A stretch of DNA of 64,000 nt from contig MU061547.1 in the NCBI GenBank assembly GCA_013265495.1, positions 1 to 64,000 of the forward strand, written 5' to 3'. How positions within the stretch are numbered: position 1 is the stretch's first letter; each line of letters starts with the position of its first letter. Position numbers and translations under genes: made by a program. A model generated the notes under the pieces. That model was not told the origin of the DNA. It searched no databases and saw only the letters and a program-made list of their open reading frames with translations. Below, one piece after another: positions 1 through 13,500 of this stretch. The DNA comes from Vicugna vicugna. Its lineage: Eukaryota.

Positions 1-897
1 CATGTGTGACCTAAGCTTCCACTCGGGTGACCCACAGCGTCCCAGCGCCTCTGCTCCTGTATCTTGATTACATATCCTTTGATTTAGTACCACGAAGTAG
101 TTCTGGACCTTGGCACATTATGGAATCCACTCACTGCCTGTCCCCTCAGGCTGCAGGAGTTACAATGGCTGCCTGGCTGTTGCTCTTGCCACTCCCTGGG
201 CGCCTCCACCTTCTTCACTGGTTCACTCTGCCCTGCTGGTGCTCGCATAGCTGTCCCACCAGTGAGCATCCTCAGTTTCCCTTTAAGTGGATCATCGGTG
301 CCCTTCCAGCACCTGGACCAGTATGCAAGCTTTGCTAGATTTTTTCTTCCCCTTTCTCCTTGGATTTTCCTCCTTTCTGCTCTCCTCCTCTAAAGTGGTG
401 AGTTATTTGTTCATTGACTCAAGATATAACAGAAGGGAAAGCAGAAGAGACCTGTCACATTTTCTCATTCCTTTTACAAAGGCTTAAACCCACAGGGGGA
501 GATGCAAAGTGTATGCCTGAGAAGCTGCAGGTAATATATCTTGTCCAAGATTTATAGCATCTGTCACATGCCAACGCCACCTTCACCTGAGAACAGAAAT
601 GGATGTGATGACACACAGAGGGCAGCGCAGTTCCGCTTGGCTCAGGCCCTTCAGTTTCCACATGTGGTGTGCTCTGCACGGAGGGGCTATAACACCTGAG
701 ATGATATGCACTGTTCCACATCATAATAGTACTTGACTGCTTGCTGATTAATGCAGAGCAATCTGACCTTCCCCAGGAGAAAAGATAAAGTGTATCTGGT
801 GCTCATCACTGTCAGTAAGACAGGAAAGGACCAGATGGAAGTCATCGCAAGGAGACAGTGGTGACCTGGTTATGCTCACCCTCTTTGATTGGGCACA

Positions 898-921
898 ATG
901 TGTGTGTGTGTGTGTGTGTGT
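898..921. repeat. (TG)n microsatellite
   Basis: Direct reading. Confidence 0.95.
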
Positions 922-1832
922 TGCTCTTCCTGTGATACGACTGGTGTGGTGGGTCACAGTTCAGGTGTTTTAAAACAAAACTAGTGTAGGGATTTCCTCC
1001 GTAAGGGAAATCACTTCCTTATTGCTTGATATTATCTCGAGTAGTTTAAAGAAGGACATTGTTGAAACTCCTTGACTGGTATCTTTTCTCAAATCTTGAA
1101 TCCCTCAAAAAAAAAAAAACACAATTATGTTCAGCCTGGCAAGGAAAACTCCTTGATTTATGGTCAAGAGATCCTCTAAAGCAAAGAGAAGTATTCTGTG
1201 TTTTGTTTGAAACCAATGAGAGATTGCAAGGCAAGAAGGAGAGAAGAAGAAAGGAAAAAAATAAGAGAGTGAGAGAGAAATACAGAAAGAGTCTGAGACA
1301 GGCAATGAGACATTCCTGAGATCCTTCAAGTTTAGTGAACTGACGTCCTACCACCTAATCCTGTGAGCCACTGAGTCACAGAGGAGGACATTAGGAGAGG
1401 AACGGTGAGTGGTTTTCTCAGACAGAAATGCTCATTAGCACACAGGCACATTGTCCCAGGAATTGGTAAGAACCAACTAGGCAACTTAGTAGGAAAAAAC
1501 CCCAATTTCTTGAGATAGGAAATGTAAATCACAAATCCATCTGTGGATAGGTGCTCACCTTTAATTGTATTGAGGCAAATAACATGCAACTATACACACA
1601 CCACATCAGCAAGAGGTAAAAGTGCTTTTACCAAGGTTTCATGAGGATGTGAAGAATTCTAAATTACTTCTGATAAGCACACACATAGAACAGAAAGCTT
1701 AAAAACACAAGGAAGCACATGTGCACCAGGATACAGAGACAAGAACTCTCACGACGGCACCATTCATGAAGCAGCTGAGCTGCACGTGATACCAACGTCC
1801 ATCAGCACCAGTGGGTGACTACACCACACCGT

Positions 1833-2747
1833 NNNNNNNNNNNNNNNNNNNNNNNNNNNNNNNNNNNNNNNNNNNNNNNNNNNNNNNNNNNNNNNNNNNN
1901 NNNNNNNNNNNNNNNNNNNNNNNNNNNNNNNNNNNNNNNNNNNNNNNNNNNNNNNNNNNNNNNNNNNNNNNNNNNNNNNNNNNNNNNNNNNNNNNNNNNN
2001 NNNNNNNNNNNNNNNNNNNNNNNNNNNNNNNNNNNNNNNNNNNNNNNNNNNNNNNNNNNNNNNNNNNNNNNNNNNNNNNNNNNNNNNNNNNNNNNNNNNN
2101 NNNNNNNNNNNNNNNNNNNNNNNNNNNNNNNNNNNNNNNNNNNNNNNNNNNNNNNNNNNNNNNNNNNNNNNNNNNNNNNNNNNNNNNNNNNNNNNNNNNN
2201 NNNNNNNNNNNNNNNNNNNNNNNNNNNNNNNNNNNNNNNNNNNNNNNNNNNNNNNNNNNNNNNNNNNNNNNNNNNNNNNNNNNNNNNNNNNNNNNNNNNN
2301 NNNNNNNNNNNNNNNNNNNNNNNNNNNNNNNNNNNNNNNNNNNNNNNNNNNNNNNNNNNNNNNNNNNNNNNNNNNNNNNNNNNNNNNNNNNNNNNNNNNN
2401 NNNNNNNNNNNNNNNNNNNNNNNNNNNNNNNNNNNNNNNNNNNNNNNNNNNNNNNNNNNNNNNNNNNNNNNNNNNNNNNNNNNNNNNNNNNNNNNNNNNN
2501 NNNNNNNNNNNNNNNNNNNNNNNNNNNNNNNNNNNNNNNNNNNNNNNNNNNNNNNNNNNNNNNNNNNNNNNNNNNNNNNNNNNNNNNNNNNNNNNNNNNN
2601 NNNNNNNNNNNNNNNNNNNNNNNNNNNNNNNNNNNNNNNNNNNNNNNNNNNNNNNNNNNNNNNNNNNNNNNNNNNNNNNNNNNNNNNNNNNNNNNNNNNN
2701 NNNNNNNNNNNNNNNNNNNNNNNNNNNNNNNNNNNNNNNNNNNNNNN
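1833..2747. other. Assembly gap (915 N)
   Basis: Run of N. Confidence 1.
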
Positions 2748-3053
2748 TCATGCTGGGTCCAGATGCCATGGGAAGCTGTAACCCAGAGCAACAACTCAGT
2801 AGAACACAGCTTCTCTCTCATGGTCACACATGTCACGTGCACATCAGCTTTTTCCTTGTGAAAATTATATATCCATTTTCTATGTTTTGTATGTTTTCAC
2901 ATGATAACTATTAGTCTACTGTGCCAAGGCCGGAAACAGATACTTTATGTGCACTCTGTTAGTGATCCTCAGATGAAACCTAAAACAACCTTGCCAACAT
3001 GATGCACACAGTGAATAGAATGAGAATACAAGCCACTGATGATGGAGACTTGA

Positions 3054-3198
3054 CAGGTCTCTGAGTTTTTTTTTTTTATGAGACAAGCATAGGTAATTAG
3101 GTTTACTTACTTAATTTTTATAAGAGGTACTGGGGATTGAACCTAGGATCTTGTGCAAGCTAAGCTTGCACTCTACCACTTAAGCTATACACTCCCCC
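3054..3198 (-). mobile_element. Vic-1-type tRNA-derived SINE
   Basis: Pol III A/B-box-like head, AAACCTAATTACC tail, poly(A), near-perfect 13-bp flanking repeat gatggag(a/c)cttga. Confidence 0.8.
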
Positions 3199-4852
3199 GA
3201 TGGAGCCTTGAGAACACTAACATTTTGTGGGCAAGTAGAGGCAGAATGGGGCTTGAAGGAGCTGAGGAATGACCAGAGATTTTGGGAGTTCCAGAATGAT
3301 TTGGTCACTCAGTATCTGGATAAGTGTTTATGGAGGAACTACCGTGTGTTGGATGGTGTTCTAGGTGCTTACTAACAAACAGTGAACAAAATGGATGCAA
3401 ATCCCTGCCTCCTGGAGCTTCACCTAACAGAGGAGACAGATACTGTAGGAAGTTGAGGAGCAAAACACTAATTGTCTATTAAATGATGGTTAATGCTCTG
3501 AAGGAAACAAGTAAGGCATGGGACAGAAAGTGTGGGAGTTAGAGTTTACATAGAGAGTAGTCAGGGAAGGCCTCAACCATAAAGGGAAAAGGAATGTGAT
3601 TGGGGACCTTGGTGAGGATAGATGCAGTGGATTGCTGGGAGCAGGTATGGGCTGCAGGAGGCATGACTGTGAGAGAAAGAAGGAGGGTCAAAGAAACCAG
3701 CTCTCCCTCAAACACAACAAGACAGAGCTTTGTGCTACCTGCACAAAGTCGTGCATGCAATCATTAACTTACTAACTGAAATGACAGCACATTTCTGATG
3801 GTTTAGGCTGTTAGGGGAGAGAGGCAAGCAACTGGGGTGTCTGCCTAGATCTGCCAGATTCTCATATCTGGGCCAGGATATAATTTAAATGATCCCAGCA
3901 CGATGATCGGGTGTTTCATGTTACCCAGAGCGAGAAGTCAAGAGCTCTGACTCTCCCTTAAGTTTCTTACAGACGATACAAAGCAACAGCCACACCTCCT
4001 TATATTTTAGTAGCTGTGTGACCAACAGAAAGATTCATTTCTCTGGGCCTCAGATTTTCCTTCTGTAAAATGGCAGCACTAAAAGTAAATATTGTTTATT
4101 AGGGTCATTAGGGGGTTAAATACTTCAGAATGTACATAGTGCTCTTAAAAATCATGCTGGTACCTAGTAAACCCTGAATAAGTACTGTTTTAAAATTGAG
4201 TATTCAAAATGCAGAAGGCAGGGTGGGTCACTTCTGAATGAAGGCAGAGGATTGGCTGTGTCCTGAGGCAGTGGCAGTTCCCACCCGGGCTGCAAGCAAG
4301 TGGGTCATCACATGCCATGAAGACGTTGTGCAGGCCCAGGTACCTGGCTGTAACAGTTGATAGGGATGGCACAAAGGGGATAGAGTCAGGTGGGAGCACT
4401 CATTGCTGCCCGAGGATGTCCGAGCACCGGGTCTGCAGTCTGGCTGCCAGGGATCAAACCCAAGGGTTCAAGTCACTTACTGTCTGTTGGGACCTTGACA
4501 AAGGAACTTGACACTGTAAGCCTCAATTTTTTGTAAGTATCATATAGAAAACAAGAATTCTTGCCTGATTCGCTACTGCACATCTAGTAACATGTAGGTT
4601 CTCAGAAATTTTAAAAAACATTTCCTGCATTAATGTACTCTTTCAACAGCAAGTAAGTTAGACAATGTGTTGTGCTGTGTCAGTGCATTCTGTGAGCTGT
4701 CAGTTGCCAAGAGACATAAGGTATATACAACCCTTTTGTTAGGAAAAAAACATGAATTTGTTTAACACAATCCCTCTCTATAATTTCTCTTTTTTTCTAT
4801 AGTGGATTGGGAGAAGAGAAGGGGACTAAAATGACCTTTTACTGCTGTGTTA

Positions 4853-5290
4853 TGTGAAAATTAATAAAGTGAAATCTCACTCATGTGGAGGGCAGAAGGG
4901 GGCGCTCTCATGTGGTACCACTGAAGCTCAGTTAGAGGAAGGCTTGTCAATGACAGACCCCCCCAGGAAGAGTCATCAACAGGAAAGTCACCAAGGCCAG
5001 TTCCCAAAACAAGCACATGTGCATTGCATCTCCTCCAAGAACTGTCCACCCTGACACCTCAGCCAGTGAGAACAGGTCATCATCTTGTTTTCCTCCAATG
5101 GACTTTCTTTGAAAACAATCCTTCCCAACGCCATCCTTTTTCTCTATAAAATCAGGTTCCTCTTCTTTGTTTCTTGGATTTGCTTATGGCTTGTGCTAGA
5201 CCTTGCTTGTCCCAAATTGCAATTCCTCTGCTATGCTTGAACAAACCCACTTTTACTTGAAAAATACTGTTTAACTTTTAAGGTGAATAA
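4853..5290 (+). mobile_element. Probable old solo LTR
   Basis: TG start, TATAAAA near 5145, LTR-like layout; boundaries approximate. Confidence 0.45.
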
Positions 5291-5989
5291 GCAAGAGGAA
5301 TTGTGGAAATCACTTCTTAGATTGAACATTGATAAAGCTTTGTGTAAGAGGCAATGAGTTTACAAAGATTTTGTTTTTAATTCAGACTATACTGAGGTGC
5401 CAAAACCAAGAAGCCTTTTAACTTTGAAACTAAATAAGTAGAATCGTGCTACGAGATGGCAGAAGATGATCAACAGTTTGCAAAGCTTATTCCTGAGAGT
5501 TGTCTGGGGTGATGGTTAAAAATACCACATGCCCAGTGTTTTCTGCAAGTACAAAGTATTCCTGATGCAGATCATGTGCGGGCTACTCATTAAAAATAAT
5601 CCATGATAAACAAACATGCTTAGACTTACAGTTACCTTTAATAGCTTTTAACTGAGAACCACATTTAATTACTGCACATAATCCAGCTCTGTAGTATTTG
5701 GAATAGCAAATGTTAACACAAAACAAATCAAGGGTCAGTCATTCAGGATGTAAGTTATCTATATGTCAAGGACCATCTTTCCTCTGTTTCTCCAGTGCTC
5801 AGAGGGGCAGGGGCAGGACCTGTCTGAGGTTGGGAGGAGGCCCAGGAAGGAGGGACCTGACCTGGGAGGGACCCCATCCAGCGCCTCTGGGAAGAGGCTG
5901 GTGACGGGCTATCAGTGCTAAAAAGGACCTCCATCCCCTTTCCTCAGATGAGGCAGAACACATTCTTCCTTCTCACATGCACAGCTCTT

Positions 5990-6245
5990 TGCTGCAGCCC
6001 CGGACCCAGGACATGCCTGGCAGCCGCCCTGCATCCTCACGGATCCTCTGAGCCCGCCCAGCCCTGCTCCAGACCAGCCGCTCTCCCTCCCGCGGAGCTG
6101 GCGCCTGAGCCTCCCGCCTGCAGCGCGAGGTCTGCGCTGGGGGCGTTCTTGCTATGCTTGTTGGTAGTTAATGGCAACGTACAAGGAAGGTGAAGTTTAC
6201 GAGCAAACTCACGTGGTGCTGGCGATACACCGAGGATCACGTTCT
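5990..6245. promoter_or_regulatory. Small CpG/GC-rich island-like segment, putative promoter
   Basis: Locally high CpG density, E-box CACGTG at 6210-6215, RFX-like GTAGTTAATGGCAAC at 6164-6178, minus-strand donor-like gtgagg at 6040. Confidence 0.4.
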
Positions 6246-6992
6246 CAGCTGCCCTGGGCTCAGAAGCTCCTCTGGCCTTTGGCTCCTCTGCAAACAGATT
6301 CTTCTCTTTAGAAAATGAAAGGAGGGCTGGGTGTTAAAGCCTTCCAACCAGTATTCAGTCTGGTTTATGGGAAACGAAAGCGAAAGGACAAGGCCTTTTC
6401 TGGGAAGGGCAGAGACTGCATCCCTGCTTCCATTCATTTCTTTCTTGTTTCCTTGTTTTCTTTCTCACTTTCTCTCTCTCTCTCTCTCTCGCTTTCTGTT
6501 TCTTTCTCTTTCTCTTCCTTCATTCCTTCCTTCCTACGTTCCTATGCAGGCAGGAACTTGGATGAAGTCAGGGAAAGACAGGTTTCACACCTGGCTGAAC
6601 AAACCCACCTTTGTCCCTCCTCCACAGGTCTCTTAGGTGTGTCCTTGACCTAATTGTGAATGTGGGGCAAGTAGCGGTGGGACAGGAGAGTTCAAGTGCC
6701 TGTCACTCAGGGGTACTTTTGTGAGCAATGGGGTTTATTAATCTTTCTTTGATTTCAGAAATATTTTATGTGCTCATTTCCTTTCTCCTTTTTAAAAAAA
6801 AGTTTCGTTTTTCACTTAGTGATTTTTCTTCATTAGCAGTACATGTGTGTATAAAATCTTTGATTTTATAGCCCAGACATATTCACTATTATTCTGTCAT
6901 ACTAGTTTTCCCTTGTCTTTGACTATGGTGGATCCAGATTTGGTGGTTGGGGCGTGATTGAGATTCCTTCTGCCTTGTGTATGCTTTAAGGT

Positions 6993-7558
6993 GTTGTATT
7001 TACCCAACAGGTAAAAGCTTGATGACTGCCATTATGGCATCGGATTCCTTTGCCTGAGGAGCTGCGAGCCGACAGGCTGAGACACTGAGGTTTGCAGCAG
7101 AGAAAGTGCTTATTTGAGAGGCAAGCAAGCAAGGAGGCAGGAGAACAAGTCTCATCTCTGACCCCCAGAAGGGGAGGTGCTTGAGATATTGATGGGATAA
7201 AGGAGCAGGGTGGCCTTAGGCTTTGAGAAAAAGTTTCTGGAAGTGAGGAAAAGGTGAGCTCATTGGTGTGTGTGCAGGCCTACCTGAGTTCCGTGTTTCT
7301 TCATGGGATGCATGCGTAGATTCATGGGGAGTTGGTGTGCAACAAGCAGGCTGCGATATAAGTAGGTCACCCATGGGACAAGCAAGCCTGTTCTGCTCAG
7401 AGTCTGTTCAGCCATATTGGTACCAGTGGTTTCAGTCACTTTGGTTGTGTTACAAGAAGAGGGCTTAAAAAAAAAAAAGAAAAAAAAGAAAGCAGTCCCT
7501 TTATCTCCTGTTCTGTAAGATGAGCTCAAGATTTGTTATTTACCAGTTTCTGTTACAG
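6993..7558 (-). mobile_element. Probable solo LTR (ERV1-like)
   Basis: TG/CA-like termini and R/U5-like sequence resembling ERV1 LTRs; boundaries approximate. Confidence 0.45.
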
Positions 7559-7687
7559 GTTTTTAACCATCAGGGATGTGGTTTCATCACCACATCTGTG
7601 TGTCAGAAGGTAGGAAGGGAGAGGAAGGCAGATGGGCTAGAGTCGCAAAGATCCACGGCCAAGACTCTCCCAGAGCACGTGCTCTGG

Positions 7688-7698
7688 NNNNNNNNNNN
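7688..7698. other. Assembly gap (11 N)
   Basis: Run of N. Confidence 1.
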
Positions 7699-9899
7699 TG
7701 CTCAGCTGGCAGCTAGGTGAGTATCGTCCATAGCCAGACGGCCACAAGCTCACTTTGCAAAATACACTGATACAATATTTGAGCTGTAAAGCATGTTATA
7801 ACTAAAAGTATATGCAGCACAGTCAGGGACAGATTTTTCTAGAATCCTGAAATTAAACTTGGCATATTTAAGAATTGAACCCAAGCTGATAAAATGACCA
7901 CGGCCCTATAATACCTGAGCCACCATGATCGATTTAGGGAGAGATGTGGCACGTGACCCAAGACCAAACAAAGTTAATCCTTTCTCAGTTACTTGGATCC
8001 AAAGGATTTGTCTCCCTTCCTCTCTCTCTCTGTCTTTTCTTTTTCTCCAGGTCTTGGTCTTGTTTGGCTCTCAAGCTCTCTTCTCTTCTGTTTCCGTTAA
8101 GTTTTCATTGTCGACTATGAGGATGTGACGATGTGTTTTGAGATGAAGACTGTAAGGGCACTTAGATATGTTTGGCTTTAAAACATGATAGATATTTATT
8201 TACAGAGGGGGAAATTAATTTATAATTTTACTTTCAGTTTCCATTTTCTGTAATTGCTTCAAGAAAAATACTTTACAAAATTGTATTCTGTAAGTCTTAT
8301 TTCCCAAAAGTATAACATTGGAAAAGGATGAATGATTGAAATGGGTACCTAACCTGAAGGCCATCAGTGAGGCTGATTTACCTGAAATTAAGTGTTTTCA
8401 TTGTCTGTTACTTTAACTCCAGAAAAAGTGGTCTAGCCTCTTAGTTTAAACATTGCGCTTATTTGTCACCTAGTGCACTCAGCTTGGTGTCTGGTGAGAA
8501 TCCTGTCAGAAAGAGTCTCATTTTCCCATTCTGCTACTCAGAGTTTAGTGAAGGAACACAGCTGGGAATGCAGCAGCGTTCTCAGCAGCTCACACTTGAA
8601 GCATTTTCAGTTCAGAAATCTGAGTGCAGTCATTCAGGTGAGGAAAATGTGGATACAAAGAAATAATTGCCCTCTGGGGGTAAGATTCATAAGCTTGGGG
8701 GCTCTAGGCTTGGAGAGAGTGGCCAGTGGGACAAAACGTTTGCCAAAACAAGACAAAACTGAAGCACCTTGTATATTTCTGAGCACAGAAATAAACAAGG
8801 TCAAAGAACAGGCACTCAGAAATGTACACAATGTAAGGCAACAGAGCTGGAGTGCTGGTCTGGCTGTAATAAACATGTCACCCTGCTCACAAGCCGGAGT
8901 GCAGTGTATCACCTGAGGAGACTCAGCCCTAGTGTGTCTGGAACATGAGGAAAAGGGAATACCGAAATGACAGTTTTGTGCATCTGCCTCGGTGTGCTAA
9001 AGACAGATGTGTATTTATACCTCCTTCATACATTCCCAGCACTTGCCAGGGAGGGTCCATTTTAAGAAACGGTGAGGAATGTATAATTTGTCACTTGGGT
9101 GTCAGGGCTCACTGTAGGAGTGATGGTGCTCAGCATAAACTATCTTTAGATCCCATTTATAGAGGGTAAAAGTCATTGCTGGTTTAATGTTTCCTTTTAC
9201 TAGGAAATGAGGCTTTACCTCATCAGAGTTCACAGACTACTATTGTTGGGTGGGGGTAGGGGGAAGGTGTCCATTAGAGCTACACTGAAAGGGAAACCTG
9301 GATCTAATGCAAAATGAAAGCTCCAAGTGCCTCTGCATTCATCCACTGCAGTGGGTCTCATTCAGTGTTGTCGGCTTTGTTGGATTCAGTTTGTTTAGAT
9401 CTACACATACTTCATGGCGGGTGTGTACCTTCTAACTCACCTCCACTTGTTTTTAAGAATATGGGAGCCTAACAGTCATATTGCAATTATAGGAGTATAA
9501 TGCAAATCTCAAACTACATAACCAGCTCACCTAATTCATGCATGAGAGGTGGTGTAGCTGTCTGTCAATGAGCCTCTCTCGTTTGTCTTGGTTCTTACTT
9601 GGCCGTGAAGGGAGCAGAAATTGCAGCCATGACCTGACAAGGATCTACCCTGTGTAGATATACTCTCTTTCAAACTTTTCCCAACACTTCCATATACTCA
9701 GCTGAATTCTGCTCTCTATTTTGTGCCCTTTGTTCTGTCCAGTACCTGATAATGACAAGAAAACCAAGGAAAGTCCTACTTGATAAAGCCGCCAAATTTG
9801 GAGGAAAACATATACATTTCTCTTTAAAACTATGGCTTTTCAGTTAGCTTGCTTTCTGTGCTGGTGAAGACCATAGCAAGAGGTCAGCATATCCCCCAC

Positions 9900-10520
9900 C
9901 AAGATGAGCTTTTTCCACAATTCTAAGGGAAGAGTTTGGCTACTGCCACAAGACAGAATGAGCCTACAGTCATGGGACATGCATTCCACTGGTTCTACCA
10001 CAAATCACATGATTCAACACTTGCTTGCCCAGCAGAGCTGTGGAACACATTGTTATAGAGGCAACTGAGAGGTCAGTTTGACCATGACTTCTGTGAGGAT
10101 GGGATACCATTGTTCTGGATAAGGTAAATAACTTAAACCCATAGTCATGATAGGGTTCTGTGTACCCGGTAGGCATAATACACAGGATTGGAGGCCAATG
10201 GCCGAATGACTAGTAGTGCCACTCAGAATCACTCGTGGTGACATCTTTAAGGGAATTTGTGCTTCCTGAACTTGAAAACCTTGGCTTGTGTTTCCAGAGA
10301 TCCTGGTTCCTAGAGAGGGAATGTTTCCACCAGGGGATGGACTAAGGGGCCACTAAGCTAAAGCCATGCTGCTGCCTGTTCTCTCTGGGCATGTTGTGCT
10401 AATAGAGCAGGCACAGGAATGAGTCAGCATCCTTGGAGTTGTCATGATAATTGACACTGATCATCATAAAGAGGTAGGATTACTGTCACATGATGGGGGC
10501 CGGGAGGAATATTTTTGCTA
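9900..10520 (+). mobile_element. Degraded ERVL/MaLR internal fragment (dUTPase-like region)
   Basis: Relic reading ...IIDTDHHKEVGLLSHDGG resembles the ERVL motif VIDPDYQGEIGLLLHNGG. Confidence 0.45.
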
Positions 10521-10559
10521 TAATAATAACACGTAAGTCCCAAGGTATACATGTACCTT

Positions 10560-13500
10560 CCCTGACCTTGTTTTCCTAAAAGCAGAATAAAGCCATCGTT
10601 TGTTTTAAATCATGATGTGTTAGGAATGCATGTTTAAATTTCTGAGCTAAGCAACAGACTCAATTCATATCTTCTAAAGAAACAGAAGACAAATGGAGGA
10701 ATTAAATATATTCAATCTATCTGAAAGAAAATAGAAGAGAGAAAAATAAACTTATAATAGACCAAGCAGAAAGAAAGTGTGTAACTATATAACATACAAA
10801 AGCATATAAGCAATATAGAGTAAATAAAAGTGAAATTAATGCAACAGGAATAATGCGTGGTATGTACATAATATCAACTAAAGCATATGTTATTCTTGAG
10901 AAACATCAGAATACAATGCTATGTAAAGGTCATACATAAAGAAATGGGATTTATACATTACACAAATAATAAACAAAGCACTATAGAAATCAAAGAAAAT
11001 AGTATATAAAAACAGAAGTGTTTAAGAGTGTTACAAGAAAACAGAAATCATAGTCTGTGCATGTAATATACAGCAGCATATAAAAGTAGACTTAAAGAGA
11101 AAAAAAAGCCTGTCTATAGTAATATAGAAAATTGCTGAAAGTTCCAGATTACCAGAAAGACATAATATTATTATATTTGAATGTACTTTATAGTATAGTC
11201 TCCAATAAATTAAGAGGAAGTGGGCAGAACTAAAAGAATAGTTAAGACTACAATTTTAAAAGCACACTTAACCGCACTTGTATGATTGGTCATTAGAGCA
11301 AACACACAAAGTCAATAGTGAGGTTGGACATTTGTAGAGGAGAATGAGCAAAACTGAACAAATAAAGATTTTGTATATTGATAACTGTGATCAAACAGTG
11401 TAGAAAACGTATTTTTTCAACTTCAATAATTAAAGGCAAGCCGAGTATATGAATTTACCATAAGACAATGTTAAAAAATGCTGACAAAACTGTAACTAGA
11501 AATTCTTATATGCATATAAATAACTATAGGTCAAAGAAAATTTGATTTTGAAAATTATAAAATATTTAAAAATGAACAATACTGATAATGCTATACATCA
11601 AACTTTCAGGATGCAGCCAAATCACTAATTTCAGTGAAATTCATGGCCACAGACCCACATGCTAGCAGAGAATTAAAGTTGAAAACCAGCTAAATGTCAA
11701 TCTCTGCACATGATACAAATACAGAAAAAGTAGAATAAACCAAAATACAAATGAAAGCATACTTCATGAAACAGAAAACCAATCTACAGTAAGAGGATCA
11801 AAGCGTTCAAAATGTGGGTACTTGGTGAAACTGGCAAAGCTAGACTGACTACTCAAAAGAAATGAGACCCGTGTTCCAAATTGCTGGGACTCCAAAATGC
11901 CCCAAGAAAATATTGTCACAGTCTGAAAAACAAGAAAGAACCAAAGAATCTATAAAATTATGCTTTTAAAAATCCACGACAGTTTAGGTCACCAGGTAAG
12001 AAGATAACCTGAATTCCAAAGGGTCCAAATGTCCTTTGAGAAGCCACTTAAATTTTTTACCCATTAGCAAATTATAGACATTAGAATAAATTAAGTAAAA
12101 TTTTAATAAATTTCTTGAAGACTGAATGAAGGCTAGAATCCTTTTCTCTAATTTATCTATTTTATTTGATTTATTTATTTTTAATAGACTATTCCTTTAG
12201 AGCAGTTTCAGGTTCACAACAGAATTGAGCAGAGAATACAGAGAGTTCCCACACAGACCTCCCCACCCACACATATATACTCCTCTACCCTCAGCATCCC
12301 TCATCACTGTGGCATATTTGGTACAATCAGTGAACCAACATGGGCACTTTATTACCGACCAAAGTCCATAGTTTCCATTAGGGTGTACTCTGGATGTTGT
12401 ATGTTCTGTGGGTTTTGACAAATACATAATGACATATAGTCACTATAGTATCATACAGAATAATTTCATTGGTGAGGGCTAGAATCTTGAGCAAACTTGA
12501 CATAAGAGGAATCCATACCTACTCATAAACAGTGTCCCACTGGCCTCCATCAGGTGCTCATAAGAAACAGCAGATGCCAGGAAGGAGATGTGTGACATCC
12601 TTGGCTGGACAGGCTGACTGGGCTTCCCAAGGTTTGAGGTGCAGCAGGAAGACCTGGAGAACCTAGGAGCATGCAGGCCTTCAACAAAGCCTTGCCTTGA
12701 GTGACAAGTGCAGCAGTCTACCATTGGAATAGGTCAAGGGCACAGAGAGACACTGTAAGACAGGTCTGCAGGTCTGCTAAAAGTTGAGAGTGGAACAGGA
12801 GTACTCGGGAAATCCTCAGACCTCCCACTCAGATCAATGCCATGGCGGAATTCCACTGGAGGAACGGGAAGCTTGTAGTCTACTTGATGTAGCTACAGCA
12901 ACAACAAAGCCGAGCCAGGTGGGCACAGCTACACTCAATCAATGCCCCCGCAATCAGAATAACCGAAAATTTTCAAACATAAATATTATTATCTCAATGT
13001 ATACTGTTTTACAATGCCAAACATGCAATTAAAATGTAGTCAAGCAGAAAAACAAAACCAACACACATTATAACGGTCCATTTTAATGAGATAAAATGAG
13101 GAACAGAACCAAAATCAGCGATAGATCTAATGTTGCAACAAGCAGACAGGGCACGGATTTTAACTTCCTATTGTTATTATGTTGAGGGATCTAGTGAGAA
13201 GGTGACGAACACTCAGGAACATATGTGAAATTTTGTGAAGACTTGGAAACTACTTTGAGAGTTAAAAGAAAATCCTATAAGGTAAAGCACAATATCAATG
13301 ATTAAGGATTATTTTAGTGGAATTAGCTTAAAAAGATGCAGGCAAATTGGTGGAAAGAATCAGAGAACCCAACATAGAGCAATACCTTTTAACCACTTGG
13401 AAATCAAAGAGAAAGAGAAAAAAATGCAACTGAGCATTCAGTAGCTGATAACATCTCACAGGACAAGGTGTAAAAGTTTACTGTAGGTAATTGGAAAAAA

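Noticed and set aside
1802..2914. Four ORFs of 316-367 aa
   Set aside because: They are artefacts of translating through the 915-N gap.
3120..3198. tRNA-like sequence (also ~32235-32309 and ~44117-44193)
   Set aside because: These are SINE heads with A-rich tails (two have TSDs), not tRNA genes.
8473..8916. 147-aa ORF
   Set aside because: Non-ATG start and no recognisable homology; consistent with chance.
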